Source of the DNA: Candidatus Marinacidobacterales bacterium
Lineage (GTDB): Bacteria; Acidobacteriota; Vicinamibacteria; Marinacidobacterales; DATDRI01
DNA length: 64,000 nucleotides
Direction of reading: 5' to 3'
Assembly: GCA_965219415.1 (NCBI GenBank)
Contig: CBDCNP010000002.1
Span: forward strand, 32,001 to 96,000
Shown here: one piece after another, positions 30,351 to 41,075 of the stretch
How the letters are laid out: the number at the start of each line of letters is the position of its first letter
How positions within the stretch are numbered: the stretch's first letter is position 1
The notes under the pieces: generated by a model
Databases searched by the model: none
The model's input: the letters and a program-made list of their open reading frames with translations, nothing else
Told to the model about the DNA's origin: nothing
Translations under genes and position numbers: made by a program

Positions 30351-30620
30351 GTGAAAACCATCGTGAATAAGACGCACGGATCCCTTAAGGTTCCTTTGCC
30401 ACGCGGCAAGACGCTTCGCCTCGGGCTCGGCCAGGTCGGGCAAATCGCGGATGAACATCTGGAGCACAAACCTCTCAAACGTCTGATCGAAGCGGGCAAA
30501 ATCGAACTCCAAGGGACCGGCTCTACCAAGGGCGCCTATCGCGACCGTGGACGGTCTCCTCACGAGTCGACGCGCGGCCGCAAGGTGCCGGCTACGTCGC
30601 AGGGGAAGGGCGACCGCTGA
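30351..30620 (+). CDS. small basic hypothetical protein
   Basis: GGAGG before GTG 30351; KTIVNKTHGSLKVPLPRGKTLRLG... Confidence 0.65.
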   Translation: MKTIVNKTHGSLKVPLPRGKTLRLGLGQVGQIADEHLEHKPLKRLIEAGKIELQGTGSTKGAYRDRGRSPHESTRGRKVPATSQGKGDR

Positions 30621-30683
30621 GGCGCGTACCGAGATCTATTACACAGGCTTCGGGGCGGCAATCTTCACCCCGATCTAAGACTC

Positions 30684-30938
30684 TTAGACGTCCTTCCGGT
30701 GTCCGACCCTGACGACGTAAACCACCAGATTCTCGTCCTCGATGGAGTACACGACTCGATACTTGCCTTGACGAACTCGATACCTGTCCCGCCCGGATAG
30801 CTTTTCGCAGCCTGGAGGGCGAGGATCGACAGCAAGGCTACGAATTCGATGCACGATACGCCGTCGGTCGGTTTTTTGGCCGATGGCTTCGATTTCCTTA
30901 AGAGCTGAGGTCTTGATGAAGACCCTATATCTTTCCAC
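30684..30938 (-). CDS. RelE/ParE-family toxin
   Basis: DPRPPGCEKLSG, YRVRQGKYRVVYSI, VGHRKDV. Confidence 0.92.
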   Translation of the reverse strand: MERYRVFIKTSALKEIEAIGQKTDRRRIVHRIRSLAVDPRPPGCEKLSGRDRYRVRQGKYRVVYSIEDENLVVYVVRVGHRKDV

Positions 30939-31158
30939 GTTTCTTGAGGTCTTTGACGACGCTCTCGAAGGGAAGATTACGCTCCCTGGCGCGATCCTCG
31001 AAGGCCGATAGGTCTTCGGCGTCCTCGGCTAGCGCGAGCTTCACCGCATCGTTGACGAGGTCCGAGATAGGCCGGTCGGTCTCAGCGGCCTTCAGCCTCA
31101 GGGCTCGGTGGATCTCGGGATCGAAATAAACCGTGGCCCGCTTGGGTTCTTCACTCAT
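30925..31158 (-). CDS. CopG/ribbon-helix-helix antitoxin
   Basis: KRATVYFDPEIHRALRLKAAET; overlaps the toxin start. Confidence 0.9.
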   Translation of the reverse strand: MSEEPKRATVYFDPEIHRALRLKAAETDRPISDLVNDAVKLALAEDAEDLSAFEDRARERNLPFESVVKDLKKRGKI

Positions 31159-31164
31159 TCCGAC

Positions 31165-31170
31165 ATTTTA
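31165..31170 (-). promoter_or_regulatory. -10 element of a probable leaderless antitoxin mRNA
   Basis: TAAAAT 6 nt before ATG 31158; no Shine-Dalgarno. Confidence 0.5.
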
Positions 31171-31179
31171 ACGTTCGAA

Positions 31180-31575
31180 GGAGCTATTTCTTTACTCCTC
31201 GGGGAAGAAGTGGTGCAGGTCGGGTTGGGCGAGGAGACTCTAGTTCCTCCCGGTACGGTCCACAAGCCGTTCAACCCAAACGATGTCAAGGCTGTGGTTT
31301 CTGCCCCTCTCTCGCAGGAATACGCGATGCCAGAAAAATTTGGTGTCTTCCTCCTTCAGGCCTACGGTTACTTCGACGAGTCGCCGAGCAACAATCAACC
31401 GCCGAGAGCGCTTCTTCAAATGTCACGATTCAGCCCCACCTACGACTCATGGCTGGGAGGACCTCCAGTGAATCTCCAGCGAGCGCTCTTCTGGGTACTC
31501 GGCCCCGTGGCTCGCGCCCTCGGTTACCGGAGCTACTATGAGCGCTTTGCTCCGGGGAATCGGCTGGAGTCCTGA
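31180..31575 (+). pseudogene. 5'-truncated cupin-domain protein
   Basis: GEETLVPPGTVHKPFNP (cupin motif 2) present; motif 1 and a proper start are missing. Confidence 0.65.
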
Positions 31576-32556
31576 ATGGCTGTGAACAACGCTACGCACA
31601 TCACACGGCGCACGCTACTAGGTGGCGTGCCGGTCGGGGCCGCAATCGTCGCCCTTACCGGCCAGGAAAAGCCGCGGGCCAAAGGGGCGCGCGTATGGCT
31701 GAACATGGATCAGAAGGAGCTCGATGACGCCTACGACCAAAGTGTTTACGCACCGAACTTAAGGCAGGTCATTGGCCGGTGGGTGACGAACAGCGATAGC
31801 GTCCGAGCCCGTTTGGGCACCCCGGAACGCCGAACCTACGGGCCAACCTCCATCGAAGGATTGGACATCTATCGCACGCCACGCGCGAACGCACCCATCA
31901 ATATTTACATTCATGGCGGCGGGTGGCGCAGCAGCACCGCGGAAATGTATGCGTTCCCGGCCGAGCTCTTCGTCCATGCGGGCGCCCATTGGGTGGTGCC
32001 GGATTTCAACTCAGTCGATGACGTAGAAGGCAGTTTGATACCGCTGGCCGACCAAGTCCGTCGAGCGGTCGCCTGGGTTTACCGCAACGCCAAGAGCTTT
32101 GGGGGAGATCCCGATCGAATCTACGTTTCAGGACATTCGGCGGGCGGACATCTCGCCGGCGTGGTCCTCACCACCGACTGGCAAAGCCTCTACGATCTGC
32201 CGCCGAACATCGTGAAGGGCGGCCTCTGCTGCAGCGGGATGTTCGATTTGGAGCCGGTGCGGCTCTCGGCGCGGAGGCACTACATCAAATTCACCGACGA
32301 GATGGTGGAGACGTTGAGTCCGCAACGGCATTTCGACAGGCTCAACGCCCCGATGATCGTAGCCTACGGCTCCCTCGAGACGCCCGAATTCCAGCGCCAG
32401 TCGCGGGACTTCGCCGCCGCGGCCAAGGCGGCGAGTAAAGACGTGGAGCTTGTCGTCGCCGAAGGATACAACCACTTCGAGATCATCGAGACCCTGGGCA
32501 ATCCCTATGGTGTCCTGGGCCGTGCTGTACTGGAGCAGATGGCCTTGGCGGGATGA
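31576..32556 (+). CDS. alpha/beta hydrolase (arylformamidase-like) with Tat-like signal
   Basis: TRRTLL; HGGGW, GHSAGG, NHF. Confidence 0.9.
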   Translation: MAVNNATHITRRTLLGGVPVGAAIVALTGQEKPRAKGARVWLNMDQKELDDAYDQSVYAPNLRQVIGRWVTNSDSVRARLGTPERRTYGPTSIEGLDIYRTPRANAPINIYIHGGGWRSSTAEMYAFPAELFVHAGAHWVVPDFNSVDDVEGSLIPLADQVRRAVAWVYRNAKSFGGDPDRIYVSGHSAGGHLAGVVLTTDWQSLYDLPPNIVKGGLCCSGMFDLEPVRLSARRHYIKFTDEMVETLSPQRHFDRLNAPMIVAYGSLETPEFQRQSRDFAAAAKAASKDVELVVAEGYNHFEIIETLGNPYGVLGRAVLEQMALAG

Positions 32557-32703
32557 TGCGTGCCGCAGCACAAAACTATCGAACCAAAGGAGGCCGCCAG
32601 GTCGAAACTTCGTCTCCATCTATGAGAGCCGGGAGCCAGCGGACCATGGAAGCCCGGCGCGCGTTGACCCGATCTAGCTGCAGGAGTAGATTGAAGGTGG
32701 GGA

Positions 32704-33078
32704 TTGGGATTGATTCGCGTAACGGTGGGCTTGAAACGACCAGGGGCGGAAAATAGTGCCTACGAAGCTCTTTTTCTTGTGGATTCAGGCGCGACGGACT
32801 CCATGGCTCCCGGCTCTAAGCTCCGACGCGTAGGGATCGAGTCGATCGGCAAGATGAGCTACGAGCTCGCCAATGGGAACCTTGTGGAATACCCCTTCGG
32901 GCTCGCTCAGATCGAGTTCATGGGTGAAGTGACAGCCGGACGTGTAATTTTCGGGCCCGAAAGGACGGAGCCGATTTTGGGAGTCACGGCTCTGGAATCG
33001 GTCGGTATCGTCATCGATCCCACTAACCAAACCCTGAAGCAACTACCCGCTATACCTCTCAAGCGCGCCGTGGCCTGA
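32704..33078 (+). CDS. clan AA (retropepsin-like) aspartic protease
   Basis: LVDSGAT, ILGVTALE, IDP. Confidence 0.88.
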   Translation: MGLIRVTVGLKRPGAENSAYEALFLVDSGATDSMAPGSKLRRVGIESIGKMSYELANGNLVEYPFGLAQIEFMGEVTAGRVIFGPERTEPILGVTALESVGIVIDPTNQTLKQLPAIPLKRAVA

Positions 33079-33095
33079 AGACGTAGCTCTTCCGT

Positions 33096-34268
33096 CTACT
33101 CCGCCTTGACGATCAGATGCTCGATGTCCTTCAACGCAGCAATCAGAACTTCGATGTCCTCCGGCGTGTTGAAGTAGTGAAAGGCAGCCCGGATGTTACC
33201 TTCCCGGCCGGTGATGACGATGTCTCGCTTGGCGAGCTCGCCGAGTGCAGTCTGCAAGTCGTGGGATGAAACAGAAACGTGCGGGCCGCGTTTCGCCGGA
33301 TCGCGTGATGTCGCTACCAAGAATCCTTCCTCGTTGCAGCGCTCGATGAAGTGCGCAGTTAACGTCTCGATCCAAGGACCAATCTTCTCGAGGCCCACCG
33401 ATTTTATGAGCTCGATCCCAGCCAGACTGTCGAATATCGCGGGAAACGCCGCCGAGCCGGCCTGGAAGCGTCGCGCATCGGGCGCTTCCTTATGCTGCTC
33501 GATCTGGAAGTCGTTGAAATCTTCCTGCCCGAACCAACCCGTCGCAGCGGGATGCAGCCGATCGAAAAGACCCTCGCGCACATAGAGGAGTGCGAGTCCC
33601 GGCGAGCCGAGTAGGTATTTCACCGTCCCTGTCATCAGCACGTCCGCACCCATCTCCTGAACGTTGATGGGCCGAGTCCCGCAGCATTGATAGTCGTCGA
33701 CTACGAACAGGATGTCGTGAGCACGACAACGCTCGGCAACGGCCGGCAGGTTCAACCGGTGAGCATTGTTGTAGTACACATGAGATACCGTGAGGAGCTG
33801 AACTTTGTCGTCGAGGATATCGTCGAAGGCTTCCGGCGGCATTTCACCGTCCTGCGCTCGCGCCCGCCTCACCTCCACTCCCCGAGCTTGGTAGGCCAGC
33901 CATAAGTAGACGACCGACGGGAAGCTGAAATCATCAAAAGCCACCGCGGGGCGTTCTCGCCAATCGAAGCAAGACGCCAGCCCCCCCATGGCAACCGAGA
34001 CCGAGGGCACGATGGCGATCTCGTGCATCTTTGCGCCGATCATGTCGGCAAACGATGCCCGCAGCTCTTCGTGTTTCGCGGCCCAAGCGGCCCACGGGGC
34101 CCCCTCTCGGTTCCAGGCGTCCATGTACTCCTGCACCGACTTCATCCCGTCGCGGCTGAGTGCGCTCCGTGAGTTGTTCGCAAGATGGACCTTGTGCTCC
34201 AGGATGGGAAACTCTTTCCGGAAAGTCAGGACTTCCCGAGGTGCGCTCACCAATGTGCTGTCTGACAT
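33096..34268 (-). CDS. class V PLP enzyme (kynureninase/cysteine desulfurase-like)
   Basis: FRKEFP, SHV, VDDYQ, KYLLGSPG, GWF, RRFQAG. Confidence 0.88.
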   Translation of the reverse strand: MSDSTLVSAPREVLTFRKEFPILEHKVHLANNSRSALSRDGMKSVQEYMDAWNREGAPWAAWAAKHEELRASFADMIGAKMHEIAIVPSVSVAMGGLASCFDWRERPAVAFDDFSFPSVVYLWLAYQARGVEVRRARAQDGEMPPEAFDDILDDKVQLLTVSHVYYNNAHRLNLPAVAERCRAHDILFVVDDYQCCGTRPINVQEMGADVLMTGTVKYLLGSPGLALLYVREGLFDRLHPAATGWFGQEDFNDFQIEQHKEAPDARRFQAGSAAFPAIFDSLAGIELIKSVGLEKIGPWIETLTAHFIERCNEEGFLVATSRDPAKRGPHVSVSSHDLQTALGELAKRDIVITGREGNIRAAFHYFNTPEDIEVLIAALKDIEHLIVKAE

Positions 34269-34438
34269 TGCCTCTCCCCTAAACAGTGTTTGTAGCCAGC
34301 CGGCATTGTAGACCAACGGCCGACTCGTCCAAAAAGGCTACCGGAGGGAACCTCCCTCCCCTTCCCTACACTAGTCAAGAACATGGATAACTCGACTCCC
34401 GACCAGCGCGCCACAGCAGCTTTGAGAGGAGGTACCTC

Positions 34439-37400
34439 ATGCAGCGTCTAGGCTTTTTCCAGCGTGTTCTCCTTGCGCTATTTCTTGGCCTGCTGGGATC
34501 CGAGCCGATCGCCGCTCAAATCCGGCCCCCCTGGGGCGTCTTGACGGTGATGCCGGCCACGAATATTGGGGCCCGATTGGACCGAGACCGTTGTCTCGTC
34601 GCCTCGGTGGGTCCGGCGGCAGCGGTCCAGTGCGGCGACCTGCGGGTACTCCACAAGCTGCCACCCACGGTACGGACCTTCAACGCGCCTCGCAACGGTG
34701 CCCTCGTTTACAACAGCGGCCTTGCTCACCCTTACCCTCTGGTTGCAGCCAACGTGAGCGTCATCGGTCCCAGAGGGATTAGCAACGTTCGCGTCTACCT
34801 TGTTGTCAATGGCGCCACGAAGGCCTTCAAGAGCTATTCCGGTAACAGCTTTGGCGGTTCGACTCGGATCGTCATTGGCTACGATGCCGCGAATGAGCCC
34901 ACCGGGGCGTACCCCTACACCCTGGTGGTGTTCGCCAATTTAGGAGGCTTCCCCAGCGTCAGCTTCATGTCCGGGACTTTGGTCGTGGTGCGAAGAAGTG
35001 AGAGTCGGTACGGCGCCGGTTGGTGGGTCTCGGGCGTCGAGCAACTCTACTTTCCTGCCGGAAGCAACGACATTCTTTGGGTTGGGAGTGACGGGAGCTA
35101 TCGGGTCTACGCACCGACTGCCGCTAACCACTGGCAGGCTTCGACGCTCGATCGCATCGACACAATTAGGTGGGATGCCAGCCTGAGCAGGTACGTCCGG
35201 GAGTTACCGGGAAGGGCGAAGATCCAATTCGACCGTGACGGTCGTCACAGCGAGACGGTAAGGCGAACCGGACAGACGACCCGTTTTGAGTATGCCAGCG
35301 GCGCAACCTCCCCCGAACACGAGAGGCTTTCAAGAATCTGGCTTCCGATCCCCGGTGGCGAGGAGCTGGCCTACGACTTTTTCTACGGCGGCGATGGGCT
35401 CCTGGACCGTGTGCAGGCTCCGGGACCGGACGGTTCGACTCGGGTGACCGAGATTCGTCGAAGCGGCACTCGGGTGACCGAGATTCGTCGAAGCGGCACC
35501 CGGGTGGACGAGATTGTGGATGCCGACGAGTTATCGGTCGGGTTCGGCTATGGCGCCGCCGCGGGCATGAACCGAATGATGTCACGCACCGGCCGAGCCG
35601 GCTATACGACGACGTATGCATACGGGGACGCCGGTAAGGTAATCGCGTCGACGCATGGGATGCGGGGAACCGGCCCGGACGTCGGCTTCGATATCACACC
35701 TTTCGAGACCGTCGGCTTCCGCTCTGGCGAAAGCGCCGCCACAGCCCATGCGCTCATCGACGGGCCGCGGACCGACGTCGCCGACACGACCGAGTACTAC
35801 TTCGATAGCACCGGCGGCGTTGCCAAGGTGCTCGACGCACTCGGCAATGAGACCAAATTAATCCGACAGGATGAACGCTTTCCCGGGCTAGTGACGCGTG
35901 TCGAACTTCCAAACGGCCACTCCGTGACGGCCGGCTACGATGACCGGGGCAACGTGCTCTCCATCGTGAATGGTTCCACAGGGGCCATGTCGAGCTTCGA
36001 GTACAGGAACGCCCTCTGGCCGGATTTCGTGACGCGAATCGCCCAAGCCGAAGGAGAGATCACCGAGATCGGCTACGACAGCCACGGTAACCGTGTCTGG
36101 CAGCAAGACGGGTCTCTAAGTCCGGCCAGTCGGGTGGAGTTTATCTCCAACTCCGACGGGCAAGTGATAGAAGTTCGGCTACCCCTATCCGGGCCACAAA
36201 GGATCGAATACGATCGATTGGGCAACGTGCACGCGAAGGTATCCGGCCTGCTCTTTCGTACCGAACTGACCCCCGATTCTCTGGGCCGGGTAAGAGTGAT
36301 CAAGAGCCCCATCGATGAAGCCCAGACAGCCTTCAAGTACGAAAGGATCGACTACGACGTCTTCAATCGGGTGATACACAAGGAAACCTCCGCGGACGAC
36401 GCACCCTATTTCAACGAGTCCGGAAGACAACTTCATGCCAGTGTCGGCACGCTGGTCGTCGACAACGAATACGATGAGGAAGGCAACCTCAAGCTTGTCG
36501 CGCGGCAGTCCAACTCGGACGACAACCGCATTGGCGTCGTGAAGACCTCTTACGTCTACGACGGAATGGGACGCAGAGTATCTGAGATCGCGCCCGACCA
36601 AAACGTCGAAACCACAACCTACGACGCCGCGGGCAATGTCGTGGCGGTGACGCCGCGCCTCAGTCGAGGCCCCGCCGAGGCGATCACGATGCAGTACGAC
36701 GAGCTGAATCGTCTGAGCATACGGACGGTTCCGGCGGTGGTTTACAGTGTCCAGACACTGGCAGTGAAGAACGAGAATTGGGTTTTTCCGCGTCTTAGCA
36801 ACAGCATCGGCGGTGGGCTGATGGTCCCCCAGGATGTGCAGATGTTTACCTACGACGCGATGGGCAACATGCTCACCGCTCACAATCTGTACGCCCGAAT
36901 CACCAGGCAGTACCTGCCGGACGGACAGTTGAGCTCCGAGCGTCAGGAGGTACGGAACTACACCGATGGTGAGTTTGGCCTGCACGACTACTACCTCGAG
37001 TACGACTACGACGGGAACGGTCGCAGGACCGAGATGCGAGCCAAGCTGGGAGTCAACTGGACGGGATTCCTGCCGACCGCGTACCAGTACAACGCCCAGG
37101 GGCGTCTCGAGCTCATTACATCGCGAGGCAAGAGGTTTCACTTTGCCTACGACGCGGAAGGTAAGTTGCAAACTTTCACCCGACTCTACGGTTCCCGTGA
37201 TCCCATCACGGAGAGCTCTGTGTACGACGTCGATGGCCGCCTTCTGCAACGAAAAGTGGAGGCCCGCAAGCTCACCGGGACACGGCCGTGGCCGGATGCT
37301 CTGCTAATGGACGACTACTACACGTACAACGCGAAAGGACAAAGACTGCGTGTGGATGATCTGCTCGGGGACGTGTGGGTGGGCTACAACGGCCTCGGGG

Positions 37401-39195
37401 CGCTGCGTGGAGCTCCAGTCAGCGCGATTTCACCGGCCGACGCTCGGGGCGCACCTGGTCCAACGAAGGCTACGCGCTCGATGCCTTGGGCAATCAGGTG
37501 ACGATGTCCCGAGAGGGACAGCCCGATCCGGACGACCCGCTTTTTGCGTGGGCGGATGAGTCTGCAAGATACGCCTATTGGGATGATGGAACCGGTCGTT
37601 TGTTTCAGCAGCTGAGGAGTATCGGCGCCGGTTTGCGGGAAACGGTCTATTTCTATGATGAGGCTGGAAACACCGTAGACGTCCAGGGTCAGCATGGCGC
37701 GTTTCAGGAACGCACGCACAACTACTACGGACTTGACGGCAAACTCCAATTCGTGGACAAACGGTCCTGTATTTTTGGAGCGGAGAACAAAAAGGATCCC
37801 AATTTCGGCTGCGCGTTGAGCGGTCAGTTGCCTGGGTACAGCGACCGACCGACGTTCGAAGAGCATTGGTACGACGCCCTGGGTCGACGCATTCTGCGGC
37901 GCAATCGCAGTTGGATTCGGGGCTGCGTAGGACCCAATTGCGACAACGTGATCATGCGTTTTGTCTGGGATGGCGACCAGGTCCTGCACGAGTCCCGTTA
38001 TCCGGGGCACGACTCCAACGAAACTCCCGACCTGCTCGATGAATGTAGCGACCAGGTGGATCCCAACGACGACTATTTTCCGCTCGATCTCGAACGAGAT
38101 TCCGGAACCATCGACTTATCGACCGTTACAAAGTGGGAGCCGCGCGGATGTGAAGAATTGATCGGACAGAACTTGTGCTCCGATGCCTGTCAGCCGGTTC
38201 GCCAACCACAGCGGCACTTCCCCTACGGAACCGTGACCTACACGCACGGGCCGGGCATCGATAGACCACTTCTCATTAACAGGCAGAGCTACAGTCCGGG
38301 CCGTCGCGGGAACATCCTTGTCATCCCGCTCACCAATTGGCGTGGAGACATCGATCGCGCCGCCGATTCGCAGGGCGGTTGGCTGGACTGTCAAGGAAGC
38401 ACTCCGACTTTCGGTTGCATCGAGACAGAGTGGCCGGGTGAGCGATGGTGGCTGAATCACCGGCTGCGTCGAATGTACGACGACGGTCCTACGAGTTGGA
38501 TGGACGATCTCGTCTACAACAAGCTCGACCCGTCGGGTCAGATGTACATGCGCAACCGGTACTACGATCCCAACACCGGTCGCTTCACCCAAGAAGATCC
38601 GATTGGGATCTCCGGTGGCTTGAACCTCTACGGGTTCGCGGATGGCGATCCGGCCAACTCCTCCGACCCGTACGGGCTTTGTCCACCATGGACGGATTGT
38701 CTCGCGCAGGGCATCGCAAATTGGGGCGCGCGGCGCGGCGGCGTGCTCGGGGGGTTGGCACTCAACACGGGTGCGGCGTTGAACGCGGTCTTCGAAGCCT
38801 CAGGTGTCAACGACGCCGCAGCCGCAGGGGATGCGATCGGGCGGGGTGAATTCGCTCGGGGCGCTACCATGCTTGCCCTATCCCTCCCGATCGGCAGGCC
38901 CGCCAAACCGGCTAAGGCGGCCCGCGCCCTTCAGGGAACTACCGTCCTCGGCCACATTTCCGATACCCGTCGCCTCGCAAGAAATCAACCCGGCGTCAAC
39001 GTTCTCGACGTGGCAGGAGACACATGGACATACAGGCTGAACATCCGTTTCTTGGATGAAGCCATCGAACGGGGCGATAGTTTCTACCTCGCGACATCGC
39101 AGGCTAGACCTAGCTCTATCTTCGAAAGGGAATTGAGCTATCTCAGGAAGCGCGGATATCGGCGCCGGGGTGACTACCTGGTCAGGGATCCGTAG
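34439..39195 (+). CDS. RHS/YD-repeat protein with signal peptide and C-terminal putative toxin domain; frameshift near 37400
   Basis: Many YDxxGN/R repeats; core YMRNRYYDPNTGRFTQEDPIG...NLYGFA...DPYG; ORFs 34439..37501 and 37375..39195. Confidence 0.9.
35438..35515 (+). repeat. 30-bp in-frame tandem repeat (two exact copies plus a degenerate partial)
   Basis: ACTCGGGTGACCGAGATTCGTCGAAGCGGC x2, encoding TRVTEIRRSG. Confidence 0.95.
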
Positions 39196-39226
39196 GAGAC
39201 TTCTCGGCGGCTGGCGGCGTTCGGTG

Positions 39227-40252
39227 TCATGAGATCGGTACTTGCCGCCATCCGTCGCTCTCTGTAAACTCGCGGGCGGCGAAGACCCAAATGACCATCT
39301 TCTTGTTGGTCCAATATTCCGGCGTTGCTTGAGCACGCCGTAACAGATTGATTCTCGCGGCAGTCGCCCCTGAGCCTCGCACGCCTACGAGGTCGACGGT
39401 GAAGCCCAATTCCAAGGCGAGCTGGTCGGCGAGGCCAGCTCCCTCGGCGTGCATGTCCCCTCCGGCATGGAACACGAGCGTGTGGCTGTCGCCTAGCAAG
39501 ATGACCGGGCTGGAAGGATCGGGTTCGGATCCCACGAAACGCAGCGGGAGTTTTTCTTTAGCGCGCGAGGGATCGTTTAAGGCAGTCCACAGGTCGCCGG
39601 TAATCTCCACCGTTTTCCACTCACTCTGAAAGGTTATTTTTGGGACGTCCTCCAACTTGGTCCGGACCGAGTTGGCAATCTCCTCCGCCGCAAGCACCGT
39701 CGCACTCCCCGACCAATGTGTGTCCTGTTGGCAATACATGTAGCCCTTCGGATGCTCTCGGTTGGAGATGAATAGCGGCGTCAGATCCAGGACCTTGATG
39801 CCCTTCTCACGAAGGATCTCGTAAAACGCCTGATGGTGGATATCGAGGCGTGGCGAGGGCTCGGCCGCAGAGGGAAGTTGGTCCGGGTAAACGATGGCCT
39901 TCGGGGGTACCGGCACGAGCACGAGCTCGACACCTAGCTCGAGTAGCTGTTTGTGAAAATCGAGGATCGCGGGGAGCGGGTCCGCCCACTCGGGGCGTCT
40001 CGCCTTGCTCACGTCGGCTGCGGCTTCTCCCCAAAACTTTTCCACCGCTAGGTGGCGTAGCTCGGGGGCAAAAAACAACCATCCCTCAGTTCCCTCGACA
40101 ACGATACTTCCCTGCTCCTCGGCTGCTTGAGCGAGCGCCGCCCATTCGGAGAAAATTTCGCTCAGTGCGGGAGGCGGAGGGTCTGCGCTAATGCACGACG
40201 AAAGCATGAAGGCGAGGCCTGCCGTTACGCGCATTGACAAACGGATAGACAT
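39227..40252 (-). CDS. AlgJ/AlgX-like SGNH O-acetyltransferase, probable lipoprotein
   Basis: LSSC lipobox, GWLFF, PVPPK, DTHW, LLGDSH. Confidence 0.85.
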   Translation of the reverse strand: MSIRLSMRVTAGLAFMLSSCISADPPPPALSEIFSEWAALAQAAEEQGSIVVEGTEGWLFFAPELRHLAVEKFWGEAAADVSKARRPEWADPLPAILDFHKQLLELGVELVLVPVPPKAIVYPDQLPSAAEPSPRLDIHHQAFYEILREKGIKVLDLTPLFISNREHPKGYMYCQQDTHWSGSATVLAAEEIANSVRTKLEDVPKITFQSEWKTVEITGDLWTALNDPSRAKEKLPLRFVGSEPDPSSPVILLGDSHTLVFHAGGDMHAEGAGLADQLALELGFTVDLVGVRGSGATAARINLLRRAQATPEYWTNKKMVIWVFAAREFTESDGWRQVPIS

Positions 40253-40310
40253 TCTGGAAAGGTGAACCCGAGCGCATTCTACCAACAATCCACGTAGACA
40301 GGAGGAAGGC

Positions 40311-41058
40311 ATGGTTCTAAGCGACAAACAGCTCGAAATGTGCGAATCCAGCAAGTGGGACTTCTCCGATCTCAAGGCGTTATTCCTCGACTGGCACCTT
40401 GAAAAAGTCCCCCGAGCTATCACATACAGACGGGCTCATCAGGATCTCTCGAGCCATCATGGAGAAAAACGGCGTTTCGGTAGACGTGCTGCGTCCGGTT
40501 GACCACAAGATTGCTTATGGCGTTTATGGAGACATGACGGAGCACGGTTGGCAGGAAGACGACTGGCCTCAAGTTTATGACAAGGTCGAGGCTACCGACA
40601 CACTCGTTATCACCTCTCCGATTTGGCTGGGAGAAAAATCGTCCGTCTGCACGAAAGTCATCAAGCGACTCTATTCGACTTCCGGTGACCTCAACGAACG
40701 CGGGCAGTACGCCTACTATGATCGTGTGGGCGGCTGCCTAATTACCGGCAACGAAGACGGCGCCAAGCACTGCGCGATGAACATCCTGTATTCGCTCCAG
40801 CACCTTGGTTATGTCATTCCGCCTCAGGCCGATGCGGATTGGTTGGGTGAAGCCGGACCGGGCCCCTCGTATCTCGACCCCGGGTCTGGAGGTCCCGAGA
40901 ATGAGTTTACGAACCGCAACACGACCTTCATGACGTGGAATCTGCTTCACATGGCCCGTATGATTAAGGACGCGGGCGGCATCCCGGGGCATGGGAACCA
41001 GCGCTCAAAATGGGACGCCGGTTGTCGCTTCGATCACCCGAATCCTTTGTACCGTTAG
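40311..41058 (+). CDS. flavodoxin-like/NADPH-dependent FMN reductase family protein; frameshift near 40395
   Basis: SPIWLGEKSS, GNEDGAKH, FTNRNTTFMTWNL; GGAGG before ATG 40311. Confidence 0.85.
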
Positions 41059-41075
41059 AGCGGGTGCCGACGACT

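Noticed and set aside
32704-33078. Retroelement suggested by the retropepsin-like protease
   Set aside because: Stand-alone clan AA proteases are common in bacteria, and there is no reverse transcriptase or integrase nearby
35438-35515. CRISPR-like repeat
   Set aside because: Adjacent copies without spacers, in frame within a CDS, and no cas genes in the window
38878-39336. Antisense ORF as an RHS immunity gene
   Set aside because: It overlaps both the toxin domain and the SGNH gene end, and its composition is not protein-like
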